Shown here one piece after another: positions 18,014-27,940 of a DNA stretch of 59,822 bases. The notes beneath the pieces are model-generated. The model did no database searches, was not told the DNA's origin, and worked only from the letters and a program-made list of their open reading frames with translations. The DNA is taken from positions 1 to 59,822 of the forward strand of contig CAMFOH010000002.1 in the NCBI GenBank assembly GCA_945969495.1, written 5' to 3'. Origin of the DNA: an uncultured Mollicutes bacterium. GTDB lineage: Bacteria; Bacillota_I; Bacilli_A; RF39; UBA660. The position numbers and the translations under genes are program-made. Within the stretch, counting starts at the first letter, position 1; each line of letters opens with the position of its first letter.

Positions 18014-19758
18014 AACAATATAATAATACAGCTTTTAATATTAATGATGTTAATAAAGAAGTAACTTTGTATGGCTGGGTTCAAAAAAAGAGAAATTTAG
18101 GCGGATTAATATTTATAGATTTAAGAGATAGAAGTGGAATAATTCAAATTGTTGTAGGACCAGATAATAAAGATTATGAGTTAGCTTCTTCGCTAAAAAA
18201 TGAATTTGTTATTAAAGTGTCTGGAAAAATTTGTGAACGAGAAAATAAAAATAGCAAATTAATAACGGGCGATATTGAAGTTTTAGTTTCATCAATTGAA
18301 CTAATTAACTCATCACTTGATATTCCTTTTGAAATTACTGATAATACAACTGCACTAGAAGATACTAGATTAAAGTATAGATATTTAGATATTAGAAGAA
18401 ATGATATAAAAGATAAATTAATAACTAGAAGCAAAATAACAATGGCAATAAGAAAATTTTTGGATAAGAAAGAATTTATAGAAGTCGAAACTCCAATATT
18501 ATGCAAATCAACACCTGAAGGTGCAAGAGATTATCTTGTTCCATCAAGAGTCAATAAAGGTAAATTTTATGCATTACCTCAATCTCCTCAATTATTTAAA
18601 CAATTATTAATGGTTGGTGGTATAGAAAAATATTTTCAAATAGCTAAATGTTTTAGAGATGAAGATTTAAGAGCAGATAGACAACCAGAATTTACACAAG
18701 TAGATATTGAAATGAGTTTTGTTAATGAAGATGATGTAATGAATATCTCAGAAGAATTAATAAAGTACGTATTTAAAGAGGTAAAAAATATTGATATTGA
18801 AACACCAATTAAAAAAATGAAATATGATGATGCAATTAAATACTATGGTTCTGATAAACCAGATTTAAGATTTGACATGAAAATTTGTGATATAACAAAT
18901 ATATTTAATAATACAAATTTTGAGTTATTTAAAAACGTTATAAATGATAAAGGAATTATAAATGCTATTGTTGTTAAAAATTCTGCTGATAAGTTTTCAA
19001 GAAAAAATATTGATTCATTAACAGAATTTGTTAAAACGTATAAAGCTCAAGGACTTGCTTATTTGAAATATAATGAAGAAGTAACAGGTTCTATTGTAAA
19101 AGTATTATCAGATGAAGAACTAGATAATATAAGAAAAAAATTAAGTGTAGAAGAAAATGATTTAGTTTTAATTATTTCTGGTCAATATAAAGTTGTTAAA
19201 ACTTCTCTTGGTGCATTAAGGTGTAAATTAGCAAAAGATCTTGAATTAATTGATAAAAATGATTATAAATTTCTTTGGGTAACAGATTTTCCTTCATTTG
19301 AATGGAGTGAAGAAGAAAATAGATTTGTATCTTGTCATCATCCTTTTACATCTCCAAAAGATAGTGATGTAGATAAGTTATTAAATGATAAGGCTAATTG
19401 TTATAGTAAAGCTTATGATATGGTTATAAATGGTTATGAAGTAGGTGGGGGTTCTATTCGTATTCATAATCAAGATGTTCAGCAAAAAATGTTTGAAGCA
19501 CTAGAATTAAGTGAAGAACAAATAAAGGATAAATTTGGTTTCTTTGTTGATGCCTTAAAGTATGGCACTCCTCCACACGGAGGCTTAGCTTTTGGACTTG
19601 ATAGATTAACAATGCTTCTTACAAATACCGAAAATATTCGTGATGTAATTGCATTTCCTAAAACAGCTTCTGCGAACTGTCTTATGAGTGAATGTCCTAG
19701 TAACGTAGATAATGTACAATTAAAAGATTTAAATATTAAACTTGATGATTTACAATAA
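18010..19758 (+). CDS. aspS: Aspartyl-tRNA synthetase
   Basis: Motifs FRDEDLRADRQPEFTQ, GGGSIRIH and GGLAFGLDRL. 582 aa bacterial type with an insertion domain. Confidence 0.95.
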   Translation: MKQYNNTAFNINDVNKEVTLYGWVQKKRNLGGLIFIDLRDRSGIIQIVVGPDNKDYELASSLKNEFVIKVSGKICERENKNSKLITGDIEVLVSSIELINSSLDIPFEITDNTTALEDTRLKYRYLDIRRNDIKDKLITRSKITMAIRKFLDKKEFIEVETPILCKSTPEGARDYLVPSRVNKGKFYALPQSPQLFKQLLMVGGIEKYFQIAKCFRDEDLRADRQPEFTQVDIEMSFVNEDDVMNISEELIKYVFKEVKNIDIETPIKKMKYDDAIKYYGSDKPDLRFDMKICDITNIFNNTNFELFKNVINDKGIINAIVVKNSADKFSRKNIDSLTEFVKTYKAQGLAYLKYNEEVTGSIVKVLSDEELDNIRKKLSVEENDLVLIISGQYKVVKTSLGALRCKLAKDLELIDKNDYKFLWVTDFPSFEWSEEENRFVSCHHPFTSPKDSDVDKLLNDKANCYSKAYDMVINGYEVGGGSIRIHNQDVQQKMFEALELSEEQIKDKFGFFVDALKYGTPPHGGLAFGLDRLTMLLTNTENIRDVIAFPKTASANCLMSECPSNVDNVQLKDLNIKLDDLQ

Positions 19759-19782
19759 GGAACTTTTATAAGTTCTTTTTTA
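19757..19782 (+). terminator. Intrinsic terminator after aspS
   Basis: GAACTT/AAGTTC stem with a TTAT loop, followed by a T-run. Confidence 0.7.
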
Positions 19783-19840
19783 TTGTCTTTTAAATTAAAA
19801 TAATATATAATTAATTTAGAATAAGAATAGGAGTGGTGGT

Positions 19841-20485
19841 ATGAAAGAAGAAATTTTAGGATTAGAAGCAGATTTTTCTAATAATGAATATTTTGGTACT
19901 AATGTATGGACCGAAGAAAAATACCGGGTGTTAAGTGGTAATTTACCAGTACTTATATCTGCTCCTCATGCGGTTAATCAAATCCGTGGTGATGATGTAA
20001 GAGATGCTGAAAGATTTACTGGCGCTCTTACAAGATATTTAAGCAATTCAACTAGTTCATATGCAATATTTGAACTTTTTACTCATGCAGATCCTAATTC
20101 TGATGAAGAGCATGATTATAAAAATGGAATTATTAATTTAATTGAAGCATATAAAATTAAATTGCTCATTGATATTCATTCAAGTGAATTTAAGGATGAT
20201 ACTGATATAGATGTTGTAACAAATCAAAGAACCACTTTGTGTGGTGTGAATGATTTACCAGAAAAAATTAAGGAAATTGGCCTAAAATATAAAGTAAAAG
20301 TAGATGAGAACAACGTTCCTAACAAATCTTTTGAAAATGAAATTATTGCGGTAACTTCACTAGTTTGTGGTGTTCCATCAATTAGATTAGTTATAAATAA
20401 TAAAAAATTAGATATTTTAAGTAATGAAGAATGTTTTTCTAATATTTGTAAAACCATAGAAGAATTCATTTTAACAATAAAATAG
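19841..20485 (+). CDS. Hypothetical protein, possibly in the N-formylglutamate amidohydrolase (FGase) family
   Basis: GGAGTGG RBS. The VLISAPHA and LLIDIHSS segments resemble FGase-family metal-site motifs. Weak call. Confidence 0.35.
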   Translation: MKEEILGLEADFSNNEYFGTNVWTEEKYRVLSGNLPVLISAPHAVNQIRGDDVRDAERFTGALTRYLSNSTSSYAIFELFTHADPNSDEEHDYKNGIINLIEAYKIKLLIDIHSSEFKDDTDIDVVTNQRTTLCGVNDLPEKIKEIGLKYKVKVDENNVPNKSFENEIIAVTSLVCGVPSIRLVINNKKLDILSNEECFSNICKTIEEFILTIK

Positions 20486-20543
20486 TGTAAATAAAGTTTA
20501 ATAAAACTTGAATATAACAATTATTTAGTGTTATAATATATAT

Positions 20544-20718
20544 GACCTAAAGGTATCGCAAACTAGCACATTTAACCCGCTAATTATTTATAAGGGAATC
20601 AGAATCAATGGTGGTGTTCATGCTTAATTTAATTAAGAAGTCTAAAACCATTGTGGGATACCCACCTGCCAGAGTGCAGGTTATATTGCTAGGTAAACGA
20701 CCCTTTGGGTCTTTTTTT
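20544..20718 (+). ncRNA. ssrS: 6S RNA (SsrS / BsrA-like) candidate
   Basis: Own promoter TTGAAT-17 nt-TGtTATAAT (-10 at 20532-20537). About 175 nt with no credible ORF. Ends in a GACCC-TTT-GGGTC hairpin plus T7 (20699-20718). Segments TTAACCCGC and GGGATACCCACCTGC-CAGAGT-GCAGG resemble my recollection of B. subtilis 6S-1. Lies between aspS and tcdA(yrvM), as bsrA does in B. subtilis. Confidence 0.6.
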
Positions 20719-20765
20719 ATTGAAATCATTGTATAAAAATTATATAATTTTAATAGGTGATTAAT

Positions 20766-21443
20766 TTGGAACAATATAGTAGAACAAAAAAAGTAATAGG
20801 TGAAGAAAATTTAAAATTACTTCAAAAAGCATCAGTTTTGATTGTTGGTATAGGAGGAGTAGGTGGCTCTGCACTGGAGATGTTGGTGAGGTCAGGAATT
20901 GGTAATATTACGTTAATTGATTTTGATACATTTGAAGAAAGTAATTTAAATAGACAAATACTTAGCTTAAAAAGCAATATTGGAAAATATAAAGTAGAGG
21001 TAGCTAAAAAAAGAATTTTATCTATAAATCCCTATTGTAATGTAAGTTATTATGATAAAAAATTAGACGAAGAGTTAATTAAACAATTAAATAATAATTA
21101 TAATTATATAATAGATGCTTGTGATGATACTAAGGCAAAAGTAGCGTTAGTTAAATTTGCAATAAAAAATAATATAAAAATAATTTCATCATGCGGTACT
21201 GGTAATAGATTAAAACCTGAATTATTAAAAATAACTAATATATGGAAAACTGAGTATGATCCTCTTGCAAAAAAAATAAGGACTATGCTTAGAAAAGAAA
21301 ATATTAGTTATAAATTGCCAGTTATTTGTTCTTTTGAAAAACCAATTAAAACAAAAGGTAGTGTTGGTTCAATGGCGTTGGTTCCAAATTATGCTGGTAT
21401 ACTTTTAGCAAGTTATGTAATAAATGATATAATAGAAGAGTAA
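20766..21443 (+). CDS. tcdA: tRNA threonylcarbamoyladenosine dehydratase (ThiF/HesA family, YrvM/TcdA)
   Basis: AGGTGA is 6 nt before TTG 20766 (the ORF track starts at GTG 20757). N-terminus EQYSRTKKVIGEENLKLL. Rossmann motif VGIGGVGG. Confidence 0.8.
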   Translation: MEQYSRTKKVIGEENLKLLQKASVLIVGIGGVGGSALEMLVRSGIGNITLIDFDTFEESNLNRQILSLKSNIGKYKVEVAKKRILSINPYCNVSYYDKKLDEELIKQLNNNYNYIIDACDDTKAKVALVKFAIKNNIKIISSCGTGNRLKPELLKITNIWKTEYDPLAKKIRTMLRKENISYKLPVICSFEKPIKTKGSVGSMALVPNYAGILLASYVINDIIEE

Positions 21444-21505
21444 ATAATATTGTAAAACATATAATAAAATGTTAAAATGTTTTATATATAATGGGAGTTG
21501 AAAAA

Positions 21506-22750
21506 ATGAAAAAAACAAAATTATTATTGATTTTTTTACTATGCATGTTTATTTTAATTGGTAACGTTAAGGCTTTTAAATGGGAATGTAATGATTTAGA
21601 TGTTAATATTGGTGATGATGTAACATGCAAATTATCCGAAGTAGACATAGAAAACAACGAAGAAATATATATTTACTCTCAACTAGAAATATATGAAAGT
21701 AATGTATCCAATCCTGCAAAAAAGGATGGAGAAATAACTTTTAGTACCAGTAAAGTAGATGCTGATAGATACAATGTTACCGCAGAAAGTAACTTAAATG
21801 GTGTAAAAACAAAAACCATAAACGTTAAAAGTATTACAACTAAAAAAACAACAACCACAACAAAAAAGAAATCAAGCAATAATTATCTAACTACGATTAT
21901 AATTGATGACAATCAAATAGAAGGTTTTTCAAAAGATAAAACCAAGTATTATGTTAGCGTTGCTAATGAAGTAAACAAAGTAAAGATTGATGTTAGGGTT
22001 GAAGATGAAAATGCAACATATGACATAAATGGTCCTCAAATGCTCGAAGTAGGAGATAATGAATATACTATTGGTGTTACTTCTGAGGATAATACTACTA
22101 GATTTTATAAGGTAATAATTACAAGAAAAGAAGAAGATGCATCTTCAAATACGAATATATCAAGTATAAAAATTTCTGGTTATAAATTTAATTTAGATGG
22201 TTATTCTAAAACTTATCATTTAAAAATTAATGAAGACGATGATAAACTCAACGTAAAAGTTGAACTAGAAGATGAAAATGCTAGCTATGAAATTGAAGGA
22301 AATAGTAATTTACGAGATGGTAGCATTATTAAAATAGTTATTACTGCAGAAAATGGTGATATTGATACATATCGTATAATTATTAGTAAAGATGAAAAAA
22401 CTAATTACTTAATGTATATAATTATTGGTATATCTATTTTAGTCATAATTTTATTAATAATTTTTATAGTGTTTAAAAAGAATAATAGGAAAAATGTAAA
22501 GAAAAAAGATAATAAAATAAGCGATAACGAAAGAAATAATTTTCATAAAGATTCTGAAAAAGACGTTGATTTGGAAAAAACTATTGAAATTTCTAGTTTA
22601 AATGATAATGGTGAAAATATTGATAACGATGAGAATGAAGAAACTAGAATGTTACCTTTAGAAGAAAACGTGGAATTAGAAAAAACAAAAGTTATTGAAT
22701 TAGACTCCGAAACTGAAATTAATAAAGCTTTTGAAGATACGTTTGATTAG
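21506..22750 (+). CDS. Surface-exposed membrane protein with two cadherin-like beta-sandwich repeats, a Thr/Lys linker, a C-terminal TM and an acidic cytoplasmic tail
   Basis: GGGAG RBS. Signal peptide MKKTKLLLIFLLCMFILIG. Repeats at about 21878-22126 and 22148-22390 (YLTTIIID...YKVIITRK and ISSIKISG...YRIIISK). TM YLMYIIIGISILVIILLIIFIVF. Confidence 0.65.
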   Translation: MKKTKLLLIFLLCMFILIGNVKAFKWECNDLDVNIGDDVTCKLSEVDIENNEEIYIYSQLEIYESNVSNPAKKDGEITFSTSKVDADRYNVTAESNLNGVKTKTINVKSITTKKTTTTTKKKSSNNYLTTIIIDDNQIEGFSKDKTKYYVSVANEVNKVKIDVRVEDENATYDINGPQMLEVGDNEYTIGVTSEDNTTRFYKVIITRKEEDASSNTNISSIKISGYKFNLDGYSKTYHLKINEDDDKLNVKVELEDENASYEIEGNSNLRDGSIIKIVITAENGDIDTYRIIISKDEKTNYLMYIIIGISILVIILLIIFIVFKKNNRKNVKKKDNKISDNERNNFHKDSEKDVDLEKTIEISSLNDNGENIDNDENEETRMLPLEENVELEKTKVIELDSETEINKAFEDTFD

Positions 22751-22771
22751 ATTAAATAAAAAAATAAAGAA

Positions 22772-23986
22772 CTAATTTTTGTTCTTTATTTTTTCTATAT
22801 TATCAAGTGTTATTTTAAGTGTTTGTTCATACTTGTTATTTTTAGGTTTATAATAAACTCTATTTTTTAATTCATCAGGTAAATATTGTTGTACTACGTA
22901 ACTTCCAGGATAATCATGAGGATATTTATAACCAAATGCTTGTGCGTTTATGTGTGCTGGGACTTTGCCGATATTACCATCTTCTATATCTTTTATAGCT
23001 AAATCCAGTGCAACATGTCCACTATTTGATTTTGGAGAAAGACAAAGATCAATTACCATGTTACCAAGTGGAATTCTTGCTTCCGGTAAGCCAAGTCTTT
23101 CACAGGCATTTATACATGCATCAACTCTTACTCCCATGTTAGGATTAGCAAGCCCTATGTCTTCATAGGCTATAACACTCATTCTTCTATATATACTATC
23201 TAGATCACCGGAGGATATTAATCTAGCTAAATAGTGAAGAGCAGCATTAACATCAGAGCCTCTAATTGATTTTTGAAAAGCAGATAACACATCATAATGT
23301 CCAGTTTCATCTTCGTCCATAGGATTAGATGCTTTTGTATTAATTGGTTTTATACAATATAATGATATAATTTTATCACTTGTGCTATAATAAGCTACTT
23401 CTAGTAAATTAAGAGCAAATCTAAAATCGCCATTAGCCATTGTTGCTATTAAATTTATCGCATCTTGTTTAATTTTTATATCATCTAAATTTTTACATGC
23501 TTTTTTTATACCTTTTATTATATCTTCTTTTGTAAGAGGTAATAATTCAAATATTTGGCACCTACTTCTAATTGCTGGATTAATTTTATGATATGGATTA
23601 GATGTTGTAAGCCCAATAAGAGTTATTAGACCATTTTCTAACATTGGAAGTAAAAGATCTTGTTTGTCTTTATTAAGACGATGTATTTCATCAACTACAA
23701 GTACTATATTACCATATATTTTTGTTTCTTCAAACACTATTTCAAAGTCTTTTTTATTATTGACAACGGCGTTTAAAAATCTATGTTTAACACCTAATTC
23801 TTCAGTTATAGCATTTGCAATGGAAGTTTTTCCTATTCCGGGTGGACCATACAAAATCATTGAAAATATTCGTTTATTTCTAACTAGATTAGTTAGGATT
23901 TTATCTTTTCCTACTAAATGTTCTTGTCCTATAACATCAGATAACTTTTTAGGTCTTAACGCGTTAGCTAAAGGTTCATTATTCAT
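22772..23986 (-). CDS. rarA: Replication-associated recombination protein A (MgsA/RarA, YrvN)
   Basis: AGAGGTG RBS before ATG 23986. Walker A GPPGIGKTS, Walker B VVDEIHR, and a MgsA C-terminal domain. Confidence 0.93.
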   Translation of the reverse strand: MNNEPLANALRPKKLSDVIGQEHLVGKDKILTNLVRNKRIFSMILYGPPGIGKTSIANAITEELGVKHRFLNAVVNNKKDFEIVFEETKIYGNIVLVVDEIHRLNKDKQDLLLPMLENGLITLIGLTTSNPYHKINPAIRSRCQIFELLPLTKEDIIKGIKKACKNLDDIKIKQDAINLIATMANGDFRFALNLLEVAYYSTSDKIISLYCIKPINTKASNPMDEDETGHYDVLSAFQKSIRGSDVNAALHYLARLISSGDLDSIYRRMSVIAYEDIGLANPNMGVRVDACINACERLGLPEARIPLGNMVIDLCLSPKSNSGHVALDLAIKDIEDGNIGKVPAHINAQAFGYKYPHDYPGSYVVQQYLPDELKNRVYYKPKNNKYEQTLKITLDNIEKIKNKN

Positions 23987-24094
23987 ATATAACACCTCTT
24001 TATAATTATATCATTAATGTTAATTTTATAAAAGAAATAGTAATATAATTGAAAAAAAATTAATTATTATGTATACTTATAATAGGTGAGGTTT

Positions 24095-24982
24095 ATGAAA
24101 GATGAAATAAATGATTACATAAATTACGTATACATAGAAAAAAAGTTAAGTAATAATACTAAAGATGCATATTTAAATGATTTAATTTTTTTTGATACTT
24201 ACGTTAACCATAAACCTATAAATGAAGTAAATAAAAATGATATTACATCTTTCATAAATCATTTGTATGATATCAAAGACTCTTCTAAGACAATTGCTAG
24301 GAAACTTGTTAGTATTAGAACTTTTTTTGACTATTTAATGATGATGAAAAAAATAGAGGTTAATCCTTGTGAAACCATATCATCACCTAAACTTCAAAAA
24401 AAGTTACCTGTTACTTTAAACGAAGAAGAAATAGAAAAACTTCTTAATTTTAAACCAAATACAGCTTTAGAGTATCGTAATAAAGCTATGATTGAACTTA
24501 TGTATGCCTGTGGTCTTAGAGTTAGTGAAATGGTTAATTTAGAAATTAATGATATTAACTTAACCGATAATTATGTTAGAATTTTTGGTAAAGGAAAAAA
24601 AGAAAGAATAGTACCAATAGCTGATGTTACTACAAATATATTAAAAGAATATTTAACTATTTATAGAAATGGTTTACTTAAAGGTTATCTTACTGATAAA
24701 GTTTTTATTAGTAGCTATGGTAAAGGAATTACAAGGCAAGGCTTTTTTAAGATATTAAAAGAAATAGCAAAAGAAAGAGGAATTGAAAAAAATTTTTCTC
24801 CACACACGTTAAGGCATTCGTTTGCGACTCATTTACTTGAGCATGGCGCTGATTTAAGGTCAATTGGAGAAATGCTTGGTCATGAAAATATAAAAACTAC
24901 TCAAATTTATACGCATTTATCAAATAATAAAAAAAGAAAGGATTACGATGAGTTTCATCCTCGTAATAAAAAGGGAGTATAA
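24095..24982 (+). CDS. Tyrosine recombinase, XerC/XerD family (chromosome dimer resolution type)
   Basis: AGGTGAGG RBS before ATG 24095. Catalytic motifs GLRVSE...RHSFATHLLEHGADLRSIGEMLGHENIKTTQIYTH. Confidence 0.88.
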   Translation: MKDEINDYINYVYIEKKLSNNTKDAYLNDLIFFDTYVNHKPINEVNKNDITSFINHLYDIKDSSKTIARKLVSIRTFFDYLMMMKKIEVNPCETISSPKLQKKLPVTLNEEEIEKLLNFKPNTALEYRNKAMIELMYACGLRVSEMVNLEINDINLTDNYVRIFGKGKKERIVPIADVTTNILKEYLTIYRNGLLKGYLTDKVFISSYGKGITRQGFFKILKEIAKERGIEKNFSPHTLRHSFATHLLEHGADLRSIGEMLGHENIKTTQIYTHLSNNKKRKDYDEFHPRNKKGV

Positions 24983-24983
24983 A

Positions 24984-26327
24984 ATGGAAATAGTAAAAGA
25001 AATTTTTAGAAGTTATGATATTAGAGGACTTTATGGAAAAGAGTTAACTAATGATTTAGCATATTTAATTGGAAAGGCCTTTGGAACAATTTCAAACGAA
25101 ACTGTTATAGTAGGGCATGACGCAAGGACTTCTTCGAATGCTCTTAACACTAATTTTATAAAAGGGTTAATAGAAACGGGTAAACATGTAATCGATTTAG
25201 GATTGGTTACTACACCAATGCTTTACTATGCAAGGGAATTATTTAATGAACCATATGCCGTTATGATAACCGCAAGTCATTGTGCTAAAGAATATAATGG
25301 TTTTAAAATGTGTGATGAGCAAGGTGCTATGTATGGTGATAAAATTAGGGACTTTTTAAATATAATATTAGAAAAAAAATTTAAAACTGGAACTGGTAGT
25401 GTTGAACCATATGATATAACGTTTGACTATAAAAAATTAATTATTGATAAAATAAACTTGGGTAATAGAAAACTAAAGGTAGTAGTTGATTGCGGGAATG
25501 GTACTACTTGCTATTATAATCCAGATATATTAAAGGATTTAGGTGTCGATGTTATTCCTTTATATTGTAATTCAGACCCATCATTTCCAAATCATATTCC
25601 AGATCCTGCTGTTGAAGATAACATGATAAGTTTAGAAGAAAAGGTTAAGGAGGAAAACGCTGATTTAGGAATTGCTTTTGATGGTGATGGAGATCGCATT
25701 GGAATAGTTGATGAAAAAGGTAAGTTGGTTAAAACTGATATGTTTATGCTTATAATATGGAAATCAATATATAATACATGCAAAAACAAGACTGCATCAT
25801 TTGACGTTAAGTGTTCAAAAGCATTAAAGGAGTCCTTAGAGAATTTAGGCCTTAAAACAGTATTTAATAGAACAGGACATTCTTATTTGAAAAAGGCTAT
25901 AAAAGAAAATAATTATGATTTTGCGGGTGAATTTTCTGGTCATGTTTGTTTTAATGATGAATTTTATGGTTATGATGATGCACTTTATGCTGCAGGTAGA
26001 CTTCTTAGAATACTTTCTAATACCAACATGAACGTATCTGATTATTTTATAGATGTTCCAACTTATGTTACCTCTCCAGAAAAATATATAGAAGTAGGGG
26101 AAGAAAATAAAGATAGAATAGTTAGTAAAGTACTTAATTATGCTAAAGAAAAAGGATATGAAGTAATTGATGTTGACGGTGTTAGAATAGAATATCCAGA
26201 TGGCTTTGCATTAGTCAGAAAATCAAATACATCTCCATCACTTACGGTTAGATTTGAAGGTAAAACATTAGAACAAATGGAAGCACATCGTTTAGAAATA
26301 CTTAAATTAATAGATGAAGAATTGTAA
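24984..26327 (+). CDS. Phosphohexomutase (phosphomannomutase/phosphoglucomutase family)
   Basis: AAGGGAG RBS before ATG 24984. Phosphoserine loop TASHCAKEYNGFK, Mg loop FDGDGDR, sugar loop GEFSGH. Confidence 0.85.
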   Translation: MEIVKEIFRSYDIRGLYGKELTNDLAYLIGKAFGTISNETVIVGHDARTSSNALNTNFIKGLIETGKHVIDLGLVTTPMLYYARELFNEPYAVMITASHCAKEYNGFKMCDEQGAMYGDKIRDFLNIILEKKFKTGTGSVEPYDITFDYKKLIIDKINLGNRKLKVVVDCGNGTTCYYNPDILKDLGVDVIPLYCNSDPSFPNHIPDPAVEDNMISLEEKVKEENADLGIAFDGDGDRIGIVDEKGKLVKTDMFMLIIWKSIYNTCKNKTASFDVKCSKALKESLENLGLKTVFNRTGHSYLKKAIKENNYDFAGEFSGHVCFNDEFYGYDDALYAAGRLLRILSNTNMNVSDYFIDVPTYVTSPEKYIEVGEENKDRIVSKVLNYAKEKGYEVIDVDGVRIEYPDGFALVRKSNTSPSLTVRFEGKTLEQMEAHRLEILKLIDEEL

Positions 26328-26391
26328 AATTTGACAATTCTTCTTTTTTGTATATAATATTCATATCAATAAAAAAGGGGGAAAAATAAAA

Positions 26392-26811
26392 ATGAAAGAT
26401 ATAAAAAAAGCGACAGGAAAAATAATAGACATATTAATCAAAATTAATGATTCTTCAATAGAATATGTTGCAGAAAAAACAGGAATTCATAAACTTATAC
26501 TTTTATTTATTACTGAAGGTAAATTAGAACCTAAAGAAGATTATTTAAGTAAAATTTGTGAACTATTTCATATTGAAGAAAAACTTTTTTATATGTTTGT
26601 TGATTATTATGATTCTATTGACTATTACGATGATTTAGACAGGTATAAACTTACAATTTCATATATACTAGAATTAACATTTAATAATAAAGCTTTAACT
26701 TTAAAAGATAAGTTTTCTTTTTTAGATGAAGAAGAAACAAAAATTAATGAAGTTAATTATGATTCTTTTATAAAATCAGGTAAAAGTATCTCAAATGATA
26801 GTCCATTTTAA
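26392..26811 (+). CDS. Small XRE-like HTH protein, unknown function
   Basis: Promoter TTGACA-16 nt-TATAAT at 26333-26360. GGGGGA RBS. HTH-like segment IEYVAEKTGIHKLILLFITEGKLEPKEDYLSKICELFHI. Confidence 0.5.
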   Translation: MKDIKKATGKIIDILIKINDSSIEYVAEKTGIHKLILLFITEGKLEPKEDYLSKICELFHIEEKLFYMFVDYYDSIDYYDDLDRYKLTISYILELTFNNKALTLKDKFSFLDEEETKINEVNYDSFIKSGKSISNDSPF

Positions 26812-26864
26812 TTTCAAATAATTATGAGGCTTTTTAAAGCATATAATTAACTAGGAGGTATAAT

Positions 26865-27629
26865 ATGCCAAATAGTACTTTATATGCTTTTATTTTGTCT
26901 TTTTTAGCGGGTATATCAACTGTTATAGGAGCATTTATAATTTTTTTCGATAAAAATAAGAATAATAAGATTGTAACAATTAGTCTTTCTTTTGCTGCAG
27001 GAGTAATGATATGTGTATCTTTAACTGATTTATTACCTAATTGTTATAAAATGATTTTAAATACAAATAATATTTTTCCTAAAATAATAATAACTCTAAT
27101 ATTTATGGTAATTGGTATTATAATTTCTATGTTAATTGATAAGTATTTACCTAGTGAATATGAAAATAAAAATAATAACGGATTATATAAAATAGGAATA
27201 ATAAGTATGGTTGCAATAATACTTCATAACATACCAGAGGGAATAGCAACGTTCATTACTTCTTCTAATAATATAAAGCTTGGTATTACCTTAACTCTTG
27301 CAATAGCACTTCATAATATACCAGAAGGTATATCTATTTCAGTACCTATATATCATGGCTCTAAAAATAAATTTAAAGCAATACTATATGCACTTATTTC
27401 TGGCATGAGTGAAGTAGTAGGAAGTATTATATCATATTTATTTTTAGCACCTTTTATCAACGAACACATAATGGCCGCCTTATACGCAATAATAGCAGGT
27501 ATAATGATTCATATATCAATTTATGAACTTATTCCAGGAGCATATAAAGAAGGAACTTTAAAAAGTGTATTAAAATATTTTATATTAGGTTTTATTATTA
27601 TGATAGTAAGTCATTTTCTTATGGCTTAA
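26865..27629 (+). CDS. zupT: ZIP-family zinc transporter ZupT
   Basis: AGGAGG RBS. Duplicated HNIPEG motifs. 8 TM, 254 aa. Confidence 0.9.
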   Translation: MPNSTLYAFILSFLAGISTVIGAFIIFFDKNKNNKIVTISLSFAAGVMICVSLTDLLPNCYKMILNTNNIFPKIIITLIFMVIGIIISMLIDKYLPSEYENKNNNGLYKIGIISMVAIILHNIPEGIATFITSSNNIKLGITLTLAIALHNIPEGISISVPIYHGSKNKFKAILYALISGMSEVVGSIISYLFLAPFINEHIMAALYAIIAGIMIHISIYELIPGAYKEGTLKSVLKYFILGFIIMIVSHFLMA

Positions 27630-27724
27630 AGTAGAAATAACTAATATTTTTTGCTATAATAATTAACAAATGGAAAGATATTAAAGAGACAGAAATATAT
27701 AGAAAATATTAAACAAAAATATGT

Positions 27725-27752
27725 ATAACTAGTCACATACTAGTTATTTTTT
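27725..27752 (+). terminator. Intrinsic terminator after zupT
   Basis: ATAACTAGT/ACTAGTTAT 9-bp stem with a CACAT loop, followed by a T-run. Confidence 0.8.
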
Positions 27753-27940
27753 GTTTTATAATGTATAATTAATGCATATGAGTTTATATATGAAAAGATT
27801 ATCACTAATACCAATATTGTTATGGTTTTTCTTAAGTATAATAATTGATAGAAGTTTAATAAACGTATTTACGTCTAGTATTTATTAATTTATCGTAATA
27901 AATAATAAAGGTTTTATATTGAAAAAGAAAGGAGTATAAC

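Noticed and set aside
20544-20774. Riboswitch (for example cobalamin) controlling tcdA, and the minus-strand ORF 20580..20774
   Set aside because: The AAGGGAA and GGATACC..CCTGCC fragments superficially recall B12 elements. However, there is no B12 box or CCGCAACTG-type core. The unit has its own promoter and a full terminator upstream of the tcdA RBS. Synteny and motifs fit 6S RNA better. The antisense ORF has no RBS.
24095-24982. Tyrosine recombinase as a marker of an integrated mobile element
   Set aside because: It has full XerC/XerD-type length and motifs and housekeeping neighbours (rarA, phosphohexomutase). I saw no flanking direct or inverted repeats, phage or conjugation genes.
27640-27755. 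TGCTATAAT at 27651-27659 plus the terminator at 27725-27752 as a ~90-nt sRNA
   Set aside because: The terminator is most simply the zupT terminator. TATAAT-like hexamers are frequent in this AT-rich DNA. The intervening sequence is unstructured.
27880-27910. Zur-box-like half site (TTATCGTAATAAATAAT) between zupT and the ATPase gene
   Set aside because: Only one half (TCGTAAT) matches the Zur palindrome TCGTAATnATTACGA, and the second half is not complementary.
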